Source of the DNA: Zymomonas mobilis subsp. mobilis ATCC 10988
Lineage (GTDB): Bacteria > Pseudomonadota > Alphaproteobacteria > Sphingomonadales > Sphingomonadaceae
Length of the DNA: 32,000 bases
Direction: 5' to 3'
Assembly: GCF_000175255.2 (NCBI RefSeq)
Contig: NC_017262.1
Location: 1,200,001-1,232,000 of the forward strand
This document shows positions 16,803 to 26,085 of this stretch, piece by piece (position 1 is the stretch's first letter; every line of letters starts with the position of its first letter). The notes beneath the pieces are model-generated. The model made no database searches. It worked only from the letters and a program-made list of their open reading frames with translations, and had not been told where the DNA came from. Both the position numbers and the translations under genes were made by a program.

Positions 16803-17510
16803 TTGCCTTTTTTTCTGAGTGGCTGGCGTTGGGTTGCCATTGTCTTTTTTTGTATCATCGCCTTTCTGATCGGTTTTCTGACTGCCTGTGAGGCGCCTGG
16901 TGCTTTCGACCTTACCCTACTGCATTTAATCGGTGGCTTTGCCTCTCGCCATCATTGGGTGGCCTGTATCGCCCGTATTGGTAGCTTTGCCGGTAATGTT
17001 TCTGTCCGTGTTAGCTGTATTCTTGTCGCGGTTATAACAATGGTAGCCCTTAAGGATAAATTAGGGGCTATTTTTGCTATCTTGGCGCCTTTGGGGGGAT
17101 GGGCTTTTTTTTCGCTCTTGAAATTGGTTATTAACCGCCCCAGACCCTTGATCTTTTTTCATCTGGATCATGTTGATGGCGCTAGTTTTCCAAGTGGTCA
17201 CAGCACCAATGCCATGATCGTCTATCCGATGCTTGCTTTGTTAATTAGACGCCATGGTGGCCGCCTCGGTTGGCTTTATGCGTCTATTGTCTTGGCGGTT
17301 TTTGTCGGTTTGTCCCGTGTCGCGCTGGCTGTCCATTGGCCTAGCGATGTTATGGCTGGATGGGTGGCTGGCAGCGCATGGCTTCTTGTCTGCTATGAAA
17401 TCTGCGAACAATGGGGGCTGCGCCATTCAGATCCGTTATCTGTCAAAATGAGAGATGAAGAGGACGAGGATGTAAATGCCCATTTAAAACATCATGAATC
17501 CATGTCTTGA
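16803..17510 (+). CDS. PAP2-superfamily membrane phosphatase, lipid phosphate or undecaprenyl-diphosphate phosphatase-like
   Basis: 235 aa and polytopic. The PAP2 motifs are KLVINRPRP (KxxxxxxRP), PSGH and SRVALAVHWPSDV (SRxxxxxHxxxD). The TTG start at 16803 is preceded by GGGGAGGGG. It begins only 11 nt after the lpd stop codon. Confidence 0.85.
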   Translation: MPFFLSGWRWVAIVFFCIIAFLIGFLTACEAPGAFDLTLLHLIGGFASRHHWVACIARIGSFAGNVSVRVSCILVAVITMVALKDKLGAIFAILAPLGGWAFFSLLKLVINRPRPLIFFHLDHVDGASFPSGHSTNAMIVYPMLALLIRRHGGRLGWLYASIVLAVFVGLSRVALAVHWPSDVMAGWVAGSAWLLVCYEICEQWGLRHSDPLSVKMRDEEDEDVNAHLKHHESMS

Positions 17511-17678
17511 TGGCAGGATAAGTGAAAGAAAATGGGTGTTCCTAAAATTGCCCTAGCATGACAGAATAAAATTCTTTATATCCTACCGTGGAAACACTGC
17601 ATGAAAGATCGATTCTGATCAATGTAAGGTTTCCATTTCGTAAAATGGCGTAATTTTGTTAGCGGAAAGATGCTTTCC

Positions 17679-17708
17679 GTTGACCCTTGCCGTTATCGTC
17701 GCTATAGC
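17679..17708 (+). promoter_or_regulatory. Candidate housekeeping promoter P1 of the str operon
   Basis: gTTGAC (17679-17684), 17 nt, CTATAG (17702-17707). This is close to the alphaproteobacterial CTTGAC-N17-CTATAT consensus as I recall it. It would give a leader of about 195 nt before rpsL. Sequence match only. Confidence 0.4.
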
Positions 17709-17824
17709 GCCCGTCTACATCTCCTGTTGACGGTGAATCTTTGGCGTCAGACGGGTGCGCTTGAACATTGCCATATATGCGCGTCTTCCTTTTAAAGAAT
17801 TCACGCAGGCGAGCTTAGTCATTT

Positions 17825-17852
17825 TTGCTCGGTGCTATTTTCATAATTTAAT
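17825..17852 (+). promoter_or_regulatory. Candidate promoter P2 of the str operon
   Basis: TTGCTC (17825-17830), 16 nt, TTTAAT (17847-17852). This would give a leader of about 50 nt before rpsL. Sequence match only. Confidence 0.3.
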
Positions 17853-17908
17853 TATGGTCAGGCGCATTTTGTATATTTGGTAAAGTAACTCTTGAGGTGA
17901 AGGGCTTC

Positions 17909-18280
17909 ATGCCGACGATCAATCAATTGGTCCGTAAGGGCCGTCAGTTACAGAAGGAACGCTCTAAAGTTCCTGCTATGGAGGCAAACCCGCAGAAGCG
18001 GGGTGTTTGCACCCGTGTTTATACCACGACCCCGAAAAAGCCGAACTCGGCTCTTCGTAAAGTGGCAAAAGTGCGTCTGACCAATCAGCGCGAAGTCATC
18101 AGTTACATCCCCGGTGAAGGTCATAACCTTCAGGAGCATTCGGTTGTGCTTATCCGTGGTGGTCGTGTTCGCGATCTTCCAGGTGTGCGTTACCATGTTC
18201 TGCGCGGCGTTCTCGATACCCAGGGTGTCAAAGATCGCAAGCAGAGCCGTTCCAAATATGGCGCCAAACGGCCCAAGTAA
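17909..18280 (+). CDS. rpsL: 30S ribosomal protein S12
   Basis: [13 protein letters not shown]... has the canonical S12 N-terminus. The ORF track begins at an upstream GTG (17897), and I trimmed it to ATG 17909. Confidence 0.97.
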   Translation: MPTINQLVRKGRQLQKERSKVPAMEANPQKRGVCTRVYTTTPKKPNSALRKVAKVRLTNQREVISYIPGEGHNLQEHSVVLIRGGRVRDLPGVRYHVLRGVLDTQGVKDRKQSRSKYGAKRPK

Positions 18281-18295
18281 GAAGGTTGAACTGAT

Positions 18296-18766
18296 ATGGC
18301 ACGTCGTCGTCGCCCGGAAAAACGTGAAATTTTGCCAGATCCTAAATACGGGGATGTGGTTCTTTCGAAATTTATGAATTCTGTGATGCTTGACGGTAAA
18401 AAATCCGTTGCAGAACGTATTCTTTATTCGGCTCTGGATTCTATCGAAGCACGCGTAAAGCGCGTTCCCTTGGAAGTGTTCCATGAAGCCTTGGACAATG
18501 TAAAACCAGGGATCGAAGTCCGCAGCCGTCGTGTTGGTGGTGCTACTTATCAGGTTCCGGTTGAAGTCCGTCCTGACCGTGCACAGGCATTGGCTATCCG
18601 TTGGTTGATCGCTGCTTCCCGTGCTCGTTCGGAACACAGCATGTCCGCTCGCCTTTCTGGCGAATTGCTGGACGCTGCTAACAATCGCGGCAATGCTGTC
18701 AAGAAGCGTGAAGATACTCATCGCATGGCTGAAGCAAACCGTGCATTCTCGCATTATCGCTGGTAA
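18296..18766 (+). CDS. rpsG: 30S ribosomal protein S7
   Basis: 156 aa. [20 protein letters not shown]... is typical of S7. Confidence 0.97.
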
Positions 18767-18780
18767 CGGCTTTACCCTAT

Positions 18781-18806
18781 ACCGGACAGCTTATACCCTG
18801 TCCGGT
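18781..18806 (+). other. Perfect 9-bp hairpin in the rpsG-fusA spacer
   Basis: ACCGGACAG (18781-18789), an 8-nt loop, then CTGTCCGGT (18798-18806). No U-tract follows. It lies 18 nt upstream of the fusA ATG. Confidence 0.5.
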
Positions 18807-18824
18807 CACGGAGACTAAGGATCT

Positions 18825-20897
18825 ATGGCCCGCAAATATCCGCTCGATAAATATCGTAATATCGGTATTATGGCTCATATTGATGCCGGTAAAACGACCA
18901 CAACCGAGCGTATTCTTTTCTATACCGGTAAGTCCTACAAGATCGGCGAAGTCCATGAAGGCACGGCGACCATGGATTGGATGGAGCAGGAACAGGAGCG
19001 CGGGATTACGATCACGTCTGCTGCGACTACCTGTTTTTGGAATGACCATCGAATCAATATCATTGATACGCCAGGGCATGTTGACTTTACCATTGAAGTT
19101 GAACGCTCCCTTCGCGTCTTAGATGGTGCTGTTGCCTGTTTTGATGGTGTGGCTGGTGTTGAGCCGCAGTCAGAAACAGTTTGGCGTCAGGCTGAAAAAT
19201 ATCACGTTCCACGTATGTGCTTCGTGAACAAGCTTGATCGTACCGGCGCTAACTTCATGCGCTGCGTTGATATGATTCGTGATCGTCTTGGCGCTCGTCC
19301 GTTGGTTCTTTATTTGCCAATCGGCATCGAAAGCGACTTCAAAGGCTTGGTCGACCTGGTCGAAAATCGCGCTATCATTTGGCTTGAAGAAAGCCTGGGC
19401 GCAAAATTCGAATATCAGGAAATCCCTGAAGAATATAAAGCTGAGGCCGAAGCTGCTCGTGCTGAAATGATTGAAATGGCAGTCGAGCAAGATGATGCGG
19501 CTATGGAAGCTTATCTCGAAGGCAATGAGCCTGATGCTGATACGCTGAAAAAGCTGATTCGTAAGGGAACCTTGGCTCAAGACTTTGTTCCGGTTCTGTG
19601 TGGTTCTGCTTTCAAGAACAAGGGTGTTCAGCCTCTCTTGGATGCAGTCGTTGATTTCTTGCCGAGCCCGTTGGATATTCCTCCGGTCGAAGGCGTGAAA
19701 ATGGATGGCGAAACGAAAGATAGTCGTAAGCCGTCTGACGACGAACCTTTCTCGGCACTTGCGTTTAAAATTATGAACGATCCTTTTGTGGGTTCGTTGA
19801 CTTTTGCTCGTATTTATTCCGGTAAACTCACTAAGGGTACCGTTTTGAATTCAGTGAAAGATAAGCGCGAAAAAGTCGGTCGTATGCTTTTGATGCATGC
19901 CAACAGCCGTGAAGATCTCGAAGAGGCTTATGCCGGCGATATCGTGGCTCTGGTTGGTATGAAAGAAACCACGACTGGTGATACGCTTTGTGCTCCGAAC
20001 GCACCGATCATTCTGGAACGGATGGAATTTCCGGAACCTGTGATCGAAGTCGCAGTGGAACCGAAGACGAAGGCCGATCAGGAAAAAATGGGTCTGGCTC
20101 TCAACCGCTTGGCGGCTGAAGATCCTTCTTTCCGCGTTGCTTCTGATTTTGAATCCGGCCAGACGATCATTAAGGGAATGGGTGAACTTCACCTTGATAT
20201 TCTTGTTGATCGTATGAAGCGCGAATTCAAGGTGGAAGCCAATGTCGGCGCTCCGCAGGTCGCCTATCGCGAATCACTCGCCCGTCCGGTCGAAGTTGAT
20301 TATACGCATAAGAAACAGTCCGGTGGTTCCGGTCAGTTCGGTCGCGTAAAAGTCAACCTTGTTCCGAGCGAACGAGGCGCTGGTATCCAGTTCTTCGACG
20401 AGATCAAAGGTGGTAATATTCCTCGTGAATATATTCCTTCCGTCGAAAAAGGTATGCGTGAAACCGCAGAAACAGGTTCTTTAATCGGCTTCCCGATTAT
20501 CGACTTTGAAATCCATTTAACCGATGGTGCGTATCACGATGTCGATTCTTCGGCTCTTGCCTTTGAAATTGCTGGCCGAGGTGCTATGCGTGAAGCCGCT
20601 CAGAAGGCGGGAATCAAGCTCCTTGAACCGGTAATGCGGGTTGAGGTAATCACGCCGGAGGATTATCTCGGTGACGTGATCGGTGATATGAATTCGCGGC
20701 GCGGCCAGATTCAGGGCACCGATACACGCGGTAATGCCCAGGTCGTAGAAGCGATGGTGCCGCTGGCTAACATGTTCGGCTATGTGAACCAGCTCCGTTC
20801 CTTCACCCAGGGACGCGCCCAGTATTCGATGCAATTTTCGCATTATGACGAAGTCCCGGCTAACGTCGCGGATGAGTTAAAATCGAAGATGGCTTAA
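18825..20897 (+). CDS. fusA: Elongation factor G
   Basis: 690 aa. It has the GTPase motifs [14 protein letters not shown] and NKLD, and the EF-G domain IV/V sequence throughout. Confidence 0.98.
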   Translation: MARKYPLDKYRNIGIMAHIDAGKTTTTERILFYTGKSYKIGEVHEGTATMDWMEQEQERGITITSAATTCFWNDHRINIIDTPGHVDFTIEVERSLRVLDGAVACFDGVAGVEPQSETVWRQAEKYHVPRMCFVNKLDRTGANFMRCVDMIRDRLGARPLVLYLPIGIESDFKGLVDLVENRAIIWLEESLGAKFEYQEIPEEYKAEAEAARAEMIEMAVEQDDAAMEAYLEGNEPDADTLKKLIRKGTLAQDFVPVLCGSAFKNKGVQPLLDAVVDFLPSPLDIPPVEGVKMDGETKDSRKPSDDEPFSALAFKIMNDPFVGSLTFARIYSGKLTKGTVLNSVKDKREKVGRMLLMHANSREDLEEAYAGDIVALVGMKETTTGDTLCAPNAPIILERMEFPEPVIEVAVEPKTKADQEKMGLALNRLAAEDPSFRVASDFESGQTIIKGMGELHLDILVDRMKREFKVEANVGAPQVAYRESLARPVEVDYTHKKQSGGSGQFGRVKVNLVPSERGAGIQFFDEIKGGNIPREYIPSVEKGMRETAETGSLIGFPIIDFEIHLTDGAYHDVDSSALAFEIAGRGAMREAAQKAGIKLLEPVMRVEVITPEDYLGDVIGDMNSRRGQIQGTDTRGNAQVVEAMVPLANMFGYVNQLRSFTQGRAQYSMQFSHYDEVPANVADELKSKMA

Positions 20898-20930
20898 TTA
20901 AATACTGGCATAAACCGAAAAATGTCGTTA

Positions 20931-20960
20931 TGAGCGCGCCGGAGAAGCGCGGCGCGCTCA
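20931..20960 (+). other. GC-rich 11-bp hairpin in the fusA-tuf spacer, without a U-tract
   Basis: TGAGCGCGCCG (20931-20941), the loop GAGAAGCG, then CGGCGCGCTCA (20950-20960). It is followed by ATACAAT, so it is not a canonical terminator. Confidence 0.5.
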
Positions 20961-21000
20961 ATACAATAGTGATAAAAGCGGTAACAAAAAGAGGTAACTA

Positions 21001-22194
21001 ATGGCGAAAGCTAAGTTTGAGCGGAATAAGCCGCATTGTAATATCGGTACCATTGGTCACGTCGATCATGGTAAAACTACCCTGACTGCAGCTATTACCA
21101 AAGTTTTGGCTGAAGCTGGTGGCGGCAACACCTTTGTTGACTATGCCAACATCGATAAAGCTCCGGAAGAACGTGAACGCGGTATCACGATTTCAACGTC
21201 TCACGTTGAATACGAAACCGAAACCCGGCATTATGCCCACGTCGATTGCCCGGGTCATGCCGATTATGTGAAGAACATGATCACCGGTGCTGCCCAGATG
21301 GATGGCGCAATCTTGGTTGTGTCCGCTGCTGACGGTCCTATGCCCCAGACTCGTGAGCACATCCTGCTCGCTCGTCAGGTCGGTGTTCCTGCCCTTGTCG
21401 TCTTCATGAACAAGGTCGATCAGGTCGATGATCCAGAACTTCTGGAACTCGTCGAAATGGAAATCCGCGAACTTCTTTCCAGCTATGACTTCCCGGGCGA
21501 CGATATTCCTATCGTTAAGGGTTCTGCTCTGGCTGCTCTGGAAGACAAAAATCCGGAAATCGGCAAAGAAGCCATCCTTTCTTTGATGGCAGCTGTTGAT
21601 GAATACATTCCGCAGCCGGAACGTCCTTTGGACAAAAGCTTCCTGATGCCGATCGAAGATGTTTTCTCCATCTCTGGTCGTGGTACGGTTGTTACCGGTC
21701 GTGTTGAAACCGGTATCGTCAAGGTCGGTGAAGAAGTCGAAATCGTCGGTCTTCGTGACACCAAAAAGACCACCGTTACGGGCGTTGAAATGTTCCGCAA
21801 ATTGCTGGATCAGGGTCAGGCCGGTGATAACATCGGTGCTCTGCTTCGTGGTACGGCACGTACGGAAGTTGAACGCGGTCAGGTTTTGGCTAAACCGGGT
21901 TCCATCACGCCGCATACCGAATTCAAGGCAGAAGTTTATGTTCTGTCGAAAGATGAAGGTGGTCGTCACACCCCGTTCTTCGCGAACTATCGTCCGCAGT
22001 TCTATTTCCGCACCACCGACGTTACGGGCGAAATCACTTTGCCTGAAGATGTCGAAATGGTTATGCCAGGCGACAACATTGCGTTTGGTGTGAAATTGAT
22101 TGCTCCGATCGCTATGGATCCGGGTCTTCGCTTCGCTATTCGCGAAGGTGGCCGTACCGTTGGCGCTGGTGTTGTCAGCTCCATCATTAAATAA
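21001..22194 (+). CDS. tuf: Elongation factor Tu
   Basis: 397 aa. It has [18 protein letters not shown] and NKVD, and the full-length EF-Tu sequence. Confidence 0.99.
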   Translation: MAKAKFERNKPHCNIGTIGHVDHGKTTLTAAITKVLAEAGGGNTFVDYANIDKAPEERERGITISTSHVEYETETRHYAHVDCPGHADYVKNMITGAAQMDGAILVVSAADGPMPQTREHILLARQVGVPALVVFMNKVDQVDDPELLELVEMEIRELLSSYDFPGDDIPIVKGSALAALEDKNPEIGKEAILSLMAAVDEYIPQPERPLDKSFLMPIEDVFSISGRGTVVTGRVETGIVKVGEEVEIVGLRDTKKTTVTGVEMFRKLLDQGQAGDNIGALLRGTARTEVERGQVLAKPGSITPHTEFKAEVYVLSKDEGGRHTPFFANYRPQFYFRTTDVTGEITLPEDVEMVMPGDNIAFGVKLIAPIAMDPGLRFAIREGGRTVGAGVVSSIIK

Positions 22195-22201
22195 TTTCGT
22201 T

Positions 22202-22238
22202 AGCTAACCGGCATCCTGCCGGTTAGCTCTCATTTTTT
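22202..22238 (+). terminator. Rho-independent terminator after tuf
   Basis: Perfect 12-bp stem AGCTAACCGGCA (22202-22213) / TGCCGGTTAGCT (22217-22228) with the loop TCC, followed by CTCATTTTTT. Confidence 0.8.
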
Positions 22239-22243
22239 AGGTG

Positions 22244-22273
22244 GGCGCCGAAAGACAGTTTGTCTTAGGCGCC
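22244..22273 (+). promoter_or_regulatory. Second hairpin, in the short rpsJ leader
   Basis: GGCGCC-GA-AAGACA gtt TGTCTT-A-GGCGCC, which is 12 bp with a small internal loop. It is followed by the pyrimidine-rich TCCTCGTTCTTTG and lies 27 nt upstream of the rpsJ ATG. Confidence 0.5.
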
Positions 22274-22300
22274 TCCTCGTTCTTTGAAATGGTTAGGGAT

Positions 22301-22612
22301 ATGGATACGCAGAATATTCGCATTCGCCTCAAGGCGTTTGATCATCGTGTTTTAGATCAGGCTACAGGAGATATCGCCGACACAGCTCGTCGGACTGGTG
22401 CTCTTATTCGCGGACCGATTCCCTTGCCGACGCGCATCGAGAAGTTCACGGTCAACCGTGGTCCACATATCGATAAAAAGTCGCGTGAACAGTTTGAAGT
22501 GCGTACCTATAAGCGCCTTCTGGATATCGTTCAGCCAACCCCCCAGACCGTTGATGCTTTAATGAAGCTTGACCTCGCGGCAGGTGTTGAAGTTGAAATC
22601 AAATTAGCTTAA
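22301..22612 (+). CDS. rpsJ: 30S ribosomal protein S10
   Basis: [19 protein letters not shown]... has the canonical S10 N-terminus. The ORF track start at 22241 is a spurious upstream extension that runs across the hairpin. The trimmed product is 103 aa. Confidence 0.95.
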   Translation: MDTQNIRIRLKAFDHRVLDQATGDIADTARRTGALIRGPIPLPTRIEKFTVNRGPHIDKKSREQFEVRTYKRLLDIVQPTPQTVDALMKLDLAAGVEVEIKLA

Positions 22613-22846
22613 TAAAGCGTTTGAGCCGGATACTAAGATAACCGGTTTTCCTCCCATTTCTGCGATGGTGATATTTTTTCTCTTTCTTTGAAAGGGAAGG
22701 GTAGATTTCTCGAGCGAAATACGATATTCACCATTGTAGACAAGCAGGGATACCGACCAGTTTTATCTGGTGTCATGCGTCCCCGCCTTATTTACTATGT
22801 CTCATAGTATATGGCCCTGGCGGGGGCTTCTATTGTAAAGGGGCCG

Positions 22847-22884
22847 GCTCCTTCGTCATTCGGACGTAGGAGCTTTTCGTTTAT
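22847..22884 (+). terminator. Intrinsic-terminator-like hairpin (candidate attenuator) about 40 nt upstream of rplC
   Basis: GCTCCTTCGTC (22847-22857), the loop ATTCG, then GACGTAGGAGC (22863-22873). That is 10 of 11 positions paired with a single T/T mismatch. TTTTCGTTTAT follows immediately. Confidence 0.55.
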
Positions 22885-22887
22885 CAT

Positions 22888-22906
22888 GCTCGCCGCTGTC
22901 GCGAGC
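22888..22906 (+). promoter_or_regulatory. Small hairpin immediately upstream of the rplC Shine-Dalgarno sequence
   Basis: GCTCGC (22888-22893), a 7-nt loop, then GCGAGC (22901-22906). The SD GAAGGAG is at 22911-22917 and the ATG at 22927. Confidence 0.4.
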
Positions 22907-22926
22907 CTCTGAAGGAGTAATGGATC

Positions 22927-23655
22927 ATGCGTACTGGCGTGATCGCCAAGAAGGTCGGAATGACGCGTCTGTTTCAGGAAGATGGTCGGCATGTGCCGGT
23001 AACCGTCCTGAAACTCGAAGATGTGCAGGTCGTGGCCGTCAAAAATAAAGATCAGGATGGATACGTTGCTGTTCAGCTTGGTGCAGGTTCTGCAAAAGCT
23101 AAAAACGTTACCAAGCCTGTACGGGGTCATTTTGCCAAAGCCGAAGTAGAGCTGAAGGCAAAATTGGTTGAATTCCCCGTTTCCGAAGACGCCGTCCTCG
23201 AAGTCGGAACATCAATTTCAGCTGATCATTTTATTGCTGGTCAGTTGGTCGATATTTCTGGTCAGACTCAGGGTAAAGGCTTTGCCGGTGCTATGAAGCG
23301 CTGGGGCTTTGGTGGTTTGCGTGCCACCCATGGTGTGTCCTTATCTCACCGTTCCCATGGTTCTACCGGTAATCGTCAGGATCCGGGTCGCGTTTTCAAA
23401 AACAAGAAAATGGCTGGCCATATGGGTGCCCGCCAGCGGACTCAGCAGAATTTGGAAGTTATTTCTACCGATGCTGAACGCGATCTGATTTTTGTTCGTG
23501 GTTCTGTCCCCGGTTCAAAGGGTGCATGGTTGATTATTCGTGATGCCGTTAAAGTAGCACGTCCAACCGACGCTCCTTATCCGGCCGCCATTAAAGCCGC
23601 GAATGGCAACGAGGCTCCGGCTGCGCCGGTGGCCGCAGAAGGTCAGGAGGGCTGA
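22927..23655 (+). CDS. rplC: 50S ribosomal protein L3
   Basis: 242 aa. [20 protein letters not shown]... is typical of L3, and the protein has an Ala/Pro-rich C-terminal extension. Confidence 0.97.
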   Translation: MRTGVIAKKVGMTRLFQEDGRHVPVTVLKLEDVQVVAVKNKDQDGYVAVQLGAGSAKAKNVTKPVRGHFAKAEVELKAKLVEFPVSEDAVLEVGTSISADHFIAGQLVDISGQTQGKGFAGAMKRWGFGGLRATHGVSLSHRSHGSTGNRQDPGRVFKNKKMAGHMGARQRTQQNLEVISTDAERDLIFVRGSVPGSKGAWLIIRDAVKVARPTDAPYPAAIKAANGNEAPAAPVAAEGQEG

Positions 23656-23657
23656 TC

Positions 23658-24281
23658 ATGAAGGTTGAAGTTCAGTCCCTCGATGCCTCTAAGAAGGGTA
23701 GCATCGAGCTTAACGATGCCGTATTCGGTATCGAACCGCGTGCTGATATTTTGCATCGTGTCGTAACATGGCAGTTGGAAAAACGCCGTGCGCCGACCCG
23801 CGCTACGCGTGAACGTTCTGACGTTGCACGTTCTGGTAAAAAATTCGGCCGTCAAAAAGGTGGTGGTACCGCCCGTCATGGCGATCGTCGCTCACCTATC
23901 TTTATCGGTGGTGGTAAAGCTCATGGTGCAAGAGCGCGCGTTTTCAATCCTTCTTTAAACAAGAAGGTTCGCGCCCTTGGTCTTCGTATGGCTCTGTCTT
24001 CCAAAGCAAAAACGGGCACTTTAGTTGTCATCGAAGCTTTGGACGTTGAAGCAAAGACCAAGCTCTTAGCCGCACAGATTCAGTCTTTAGGCTTTGGTCC
24101 AAAGGTTCTGGTTGTTGATGGCGATACGGTCAATGAAAATTTTGCTCGTGCCTCAAGCAACCTTGTCGGTCTTGATGTATTGCCGGCCGTAGGTGCCAAT
24201 GTCTACGACATTCTGAAACATGACACGCTGGTGCTGACTCGCGCCGCTGTTGAAAAGCTGGAGGCTCGTCTCAATGGCTAA
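23658..24281 (+). CDS. rplD: 50S ribosomal protein L4
   Basis: 207 aa with the L4/L1e family sequence (..[31 protein letters not shown]..). It starts 2 nt after rplC. Confidence 0.97.
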   Translation: MKVEVQSLDASKKGSIELNDAVFGIEPRADILHRVVTWQLEKRRAPTRATRERSDVARSGKKFGRQKGGGTARHGDRRSPIFIGGGKAHGARARVFNPSLNKKVRALGLRMALSSKAKTGTLVVIEALDVEAKTKLLAAQIQSLGFGPKVLVVDGDTVNENFARASSNLVGLDVLPAVGANVYDILKHDTLVLTRAAVEKLEARLNG

Positions 24282-24585
24282 AAGTCAGGATGGGGTGGCA
24301 ATTCGCCACTATGATGTTGTGCTCGGTCCGCACATCACTGAAAAATCGACTATGGTCTCTGAATTTAACGCGGTGGTCTTCAAAGTAGCCGCTGATGCGA
24401 CCAAACCTGCGATTAAAGAAGCTGTTGAAGCTTTGTTCGGGGTTTCTGTCAAATCGGTGAATACTGTTATCACCAAAGGCAAGACCAAAAAGTGGAAAGG
24501 CCGTCCTTATCGGCGGTCAGACGTCAAAAAGGCGATCGTGACTCTGGCTGAAGGTCAGTCAATCGATGTGACGACAGGGGTCTAG
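24274..24585 (+). CDS. rplW: 50S ribosomal protein L23
   Basis: The ORF track starts at 24250. I trimmed it to ATG 24274 ([25 protein letters not shown]...). It overlaps the rplD stop codon by 8 nt. Confidence 0.95.
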   Translation: MAKSQDGVAIRHYDVVLGPHITEKSTMVSEFNAVVFKVAADATKPAIKEAVEALFGVSVKSVNTVITKGKTKKWKGRPYRRSDVKKAIVTLAEGQSIDVTTGV

Positions 24586-24589
24586 GACG

Positions 24590-25426
24590 ATGGCTCTTAA
24601 GCATTATAATCCGACCAGCCCGGCCCGCCGTGGCCTTATCCTGGTCGACCGCTCGTCTTTGTGGAAAGGTAGCCCGGTTAAAGCCCTCACTGAAGGGAAG
24701 AATAAAACCGGTGGCCGGAACAACAAAGGTCACAGAACTTCACGCGGTATCGGTGGTGGTCACAAGCAGAAATATCGGCTTGTCGACTTCAAACGTCGTA
24801 AATGGGATATGCCAGCTACGGTTCAGCGGATTGAATACGATCCCAACCGTTCAGCTTTTATTGCCCTGGTTGAATATGAAGATAAAACCTTATCTTATAT
24901 TCTTGCTCCGCAGCGTTTGGGTGTTGGTGATTCCATTGTTGCTTCTCGCAAAGCCGATGTGAAACCCGGCAATGCCATGGAAATCGGCCAAGCTCCGCTT
25001 GGTACCATTGTGCACAACATCGAACTTAAACCCAGCAAGGGTGGCCAGCTCGCTCGCGCAGCCGGTGCTTATGCTCAGATCGTTGGTCGTGACAAAGGCA
25101 TGGTAATGATTCGCCTGAATTCAGGTGAACAGCGCTACATCCGTTCTGATTGCATGGTTACAGTTGGTGCCGTATCCAACTCTGACAATGCCAACCAGAA
25201 TTTTGCCAAAGCCGGCCGTAACCGTTGGCTTGGTCGCCGCCCGTTGACCCGTGGTGTTGCAAAGAACCCTGTCGATCATCCGCATGGTGGTGGTGAAGGC
25301 CGCACATCTGGTGGTCGTCATCCGGTAACGCCTTGGGGTAAACCGACCAAGGGTGCTCGCACCCGTTCGAATAAGGCGACGGACAAGTTCATTATCCGTT
25401 CGCGTCACGCGAAGAAGAAGAGGTAA
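24590..25426 (+). CDS. rplB: 50S ribosomal protein L2
   Basis: 278 aa. It has [15 protein letters not shown]... and ..HPHGGGEGR... Confidence 0.98.
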   Translation: MALKHYNPTSPARRGLILVDRSSLWKGSPVKALTEGKNKTGGRNNKGHRTSRGIGGGHKQKYRLVDFKRRKWDMPATVQRIEYDPNRSAFIALVEYEDKTLSYILAPQRLGVGDSIVASRKADVKPGNAMEIGQAPLGTIVHNIELKPSKGGQLARAAGAYAQIVGRDKGMVMIRLNSGEQRYIRSDCMVTVGAVSNSDNANQNFAKAGRNRWLGRRPLTRGVAKNPVDHPHGGGEGRTSGGRHPVTPWGKPTKGARTRSNKATDKFIIRSRHAKKKR

Positions 25427-25428
25427 GC

Positions 25429-25704
25429 ATGGCCCGCTCCGTTTGGAAAGGTCCGTTTGTCGAACTGTCTCTGTTGAAAAAAGCAGAGACAGCGCAGGAC
25501 AGCAGCAACCGGGCTCCCATCAAGACCTGGTCGCGTCGTTCGACGATTCTGCCACAGTTTGTTGGTTTGACTTTCAATGTCTATAATGGCCGCAAATTTG
25601 TGCCGGTACTAGTCAATGAAGAAATGGTTGGTCATAAACTGGGTGAATTTGCGCCAACGCGTACTTTCCCTGGCCATGCCGCTGACAAGAAGGGTAAGCG
25701 CTAA
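25429..25704 (+). CDS. rpsS: 30S ribosomal protein S19
   Basis: 91 aa. It has [11 protein letters not shown]... and ..[23 protein letters not shown].. Confidence 0.98.
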   Translation: MARSVWKGPFVELSLLKKAETAQDSSNRAPIKTWSRRSTILPQFVGLTFNVYNGRKFVPVLVNEEMVGHKLGEFAPTRTFPGHAADKKGKR

Positions 25705-26084
25705 TGTCTAAGCCGCAAGCTCCCCGTCGCGTCGGTGAAAAGGAGGCCTTAGCCGTCGCCACCACCGTTCGCGGTAGCTCTTACAAGCTGAATCTTGTTG
25801 CGGGTTTAATCCGTGGCAAGAAAGCTGGTGAAGCCCTGAACATTTTGAGCTTTTCCAAGAAGGCAATGGCAAAAGATGTCCGCAAGGTTCTTGCTTCTGC
25901 TATTGCTAACGCCGAGAATAACCACAATCTCGACGTTGACGCTCTGATTGTGAAAGAGGCATCGGTCGGTAAGTCGATCGTGATGAAGCGTTTCGCAACC
26001 CGTGCTCGCGGTCGTTCGACTCAGATCATCAAGCCATTTTCGCGCATCCGTGTCGTTGTCCGCGAACAGGAAGAGGCTGAATAA
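25704..26084 (+). CDS. rplV: 50S ribosomal protein L22
   Basis: 126 aa with the L22 family sequence. Its ATG overlaps the rpsS TAA by 1 nt (TAATG). Confidence 0.97.
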   Translation: MSKPQAPRRVGEKEALAVATTVRGSSYKLNLVAGLIRGKKAGEALNILSFSKKAMAKDVRKVLASAIANAENNHNLDVDALIVKEASVGKSIVMKRFATRARGRSTQIIKPFSRIRVVVREQEEAE

Positions 26085-26085
26085 G

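Noticed and set aside
17707-17758. 10-bp inverted repeat GCGCCCGTCT / AGACGGGTGC, considered as an rpsL leader RNA hairpin
   Set aside because: Its left arm overlaps the candidate P1 -10 element and the expected transcription start, so it may not be fully transcribed. Without a mapped 5' end I cannot say whether it is an RNA structure, a DNA operator or coincidence.
17948-18754. 268-aa ORF on the minus strand
   Set aside because: It is entirely antisense to rpsL and rpsG, whose identities are unambiguous. Long antisense ORFs are a common artefact of the codon bias of highly expressed genes. The product is low-complexity and has no recognisable motif.
21193-21969. 258-aa ORF on the minus strand, plus nested ORFs at 21483-21800 (-) and 21659-22093 (+)
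   Set aside because: They lie antisense to or out of frame within tuf. They are codon-bias artefacts with no motifs and no independent start signals.
22665-22691. 8-codon mini-[30 protein letters not shown] (MVIFFLFL) in the rpsJ-rplC spacer, considered as a leader peptide
   Set aside because: It has no Shine-Dalgarno sequence upstream and lies about 155 nt from the terminator-like hairpin, with no obvious alternative pairing linking the two. It is most simply a by-product of the pyrimidine tract. It is worth rechecking only if ribosome profiling shows occupancy.
22795-23130. 111-aa minus-strand ORF, considered as a possible gene explaining the long rpsJ-rplC spacer
   Set aside because: It starts inside rplC on the antisense strand, and only its last ~130 nt lie in the spacer. 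It has no RBS and no recognisable domain. The spacer is better explained as non-coding RNA structure.
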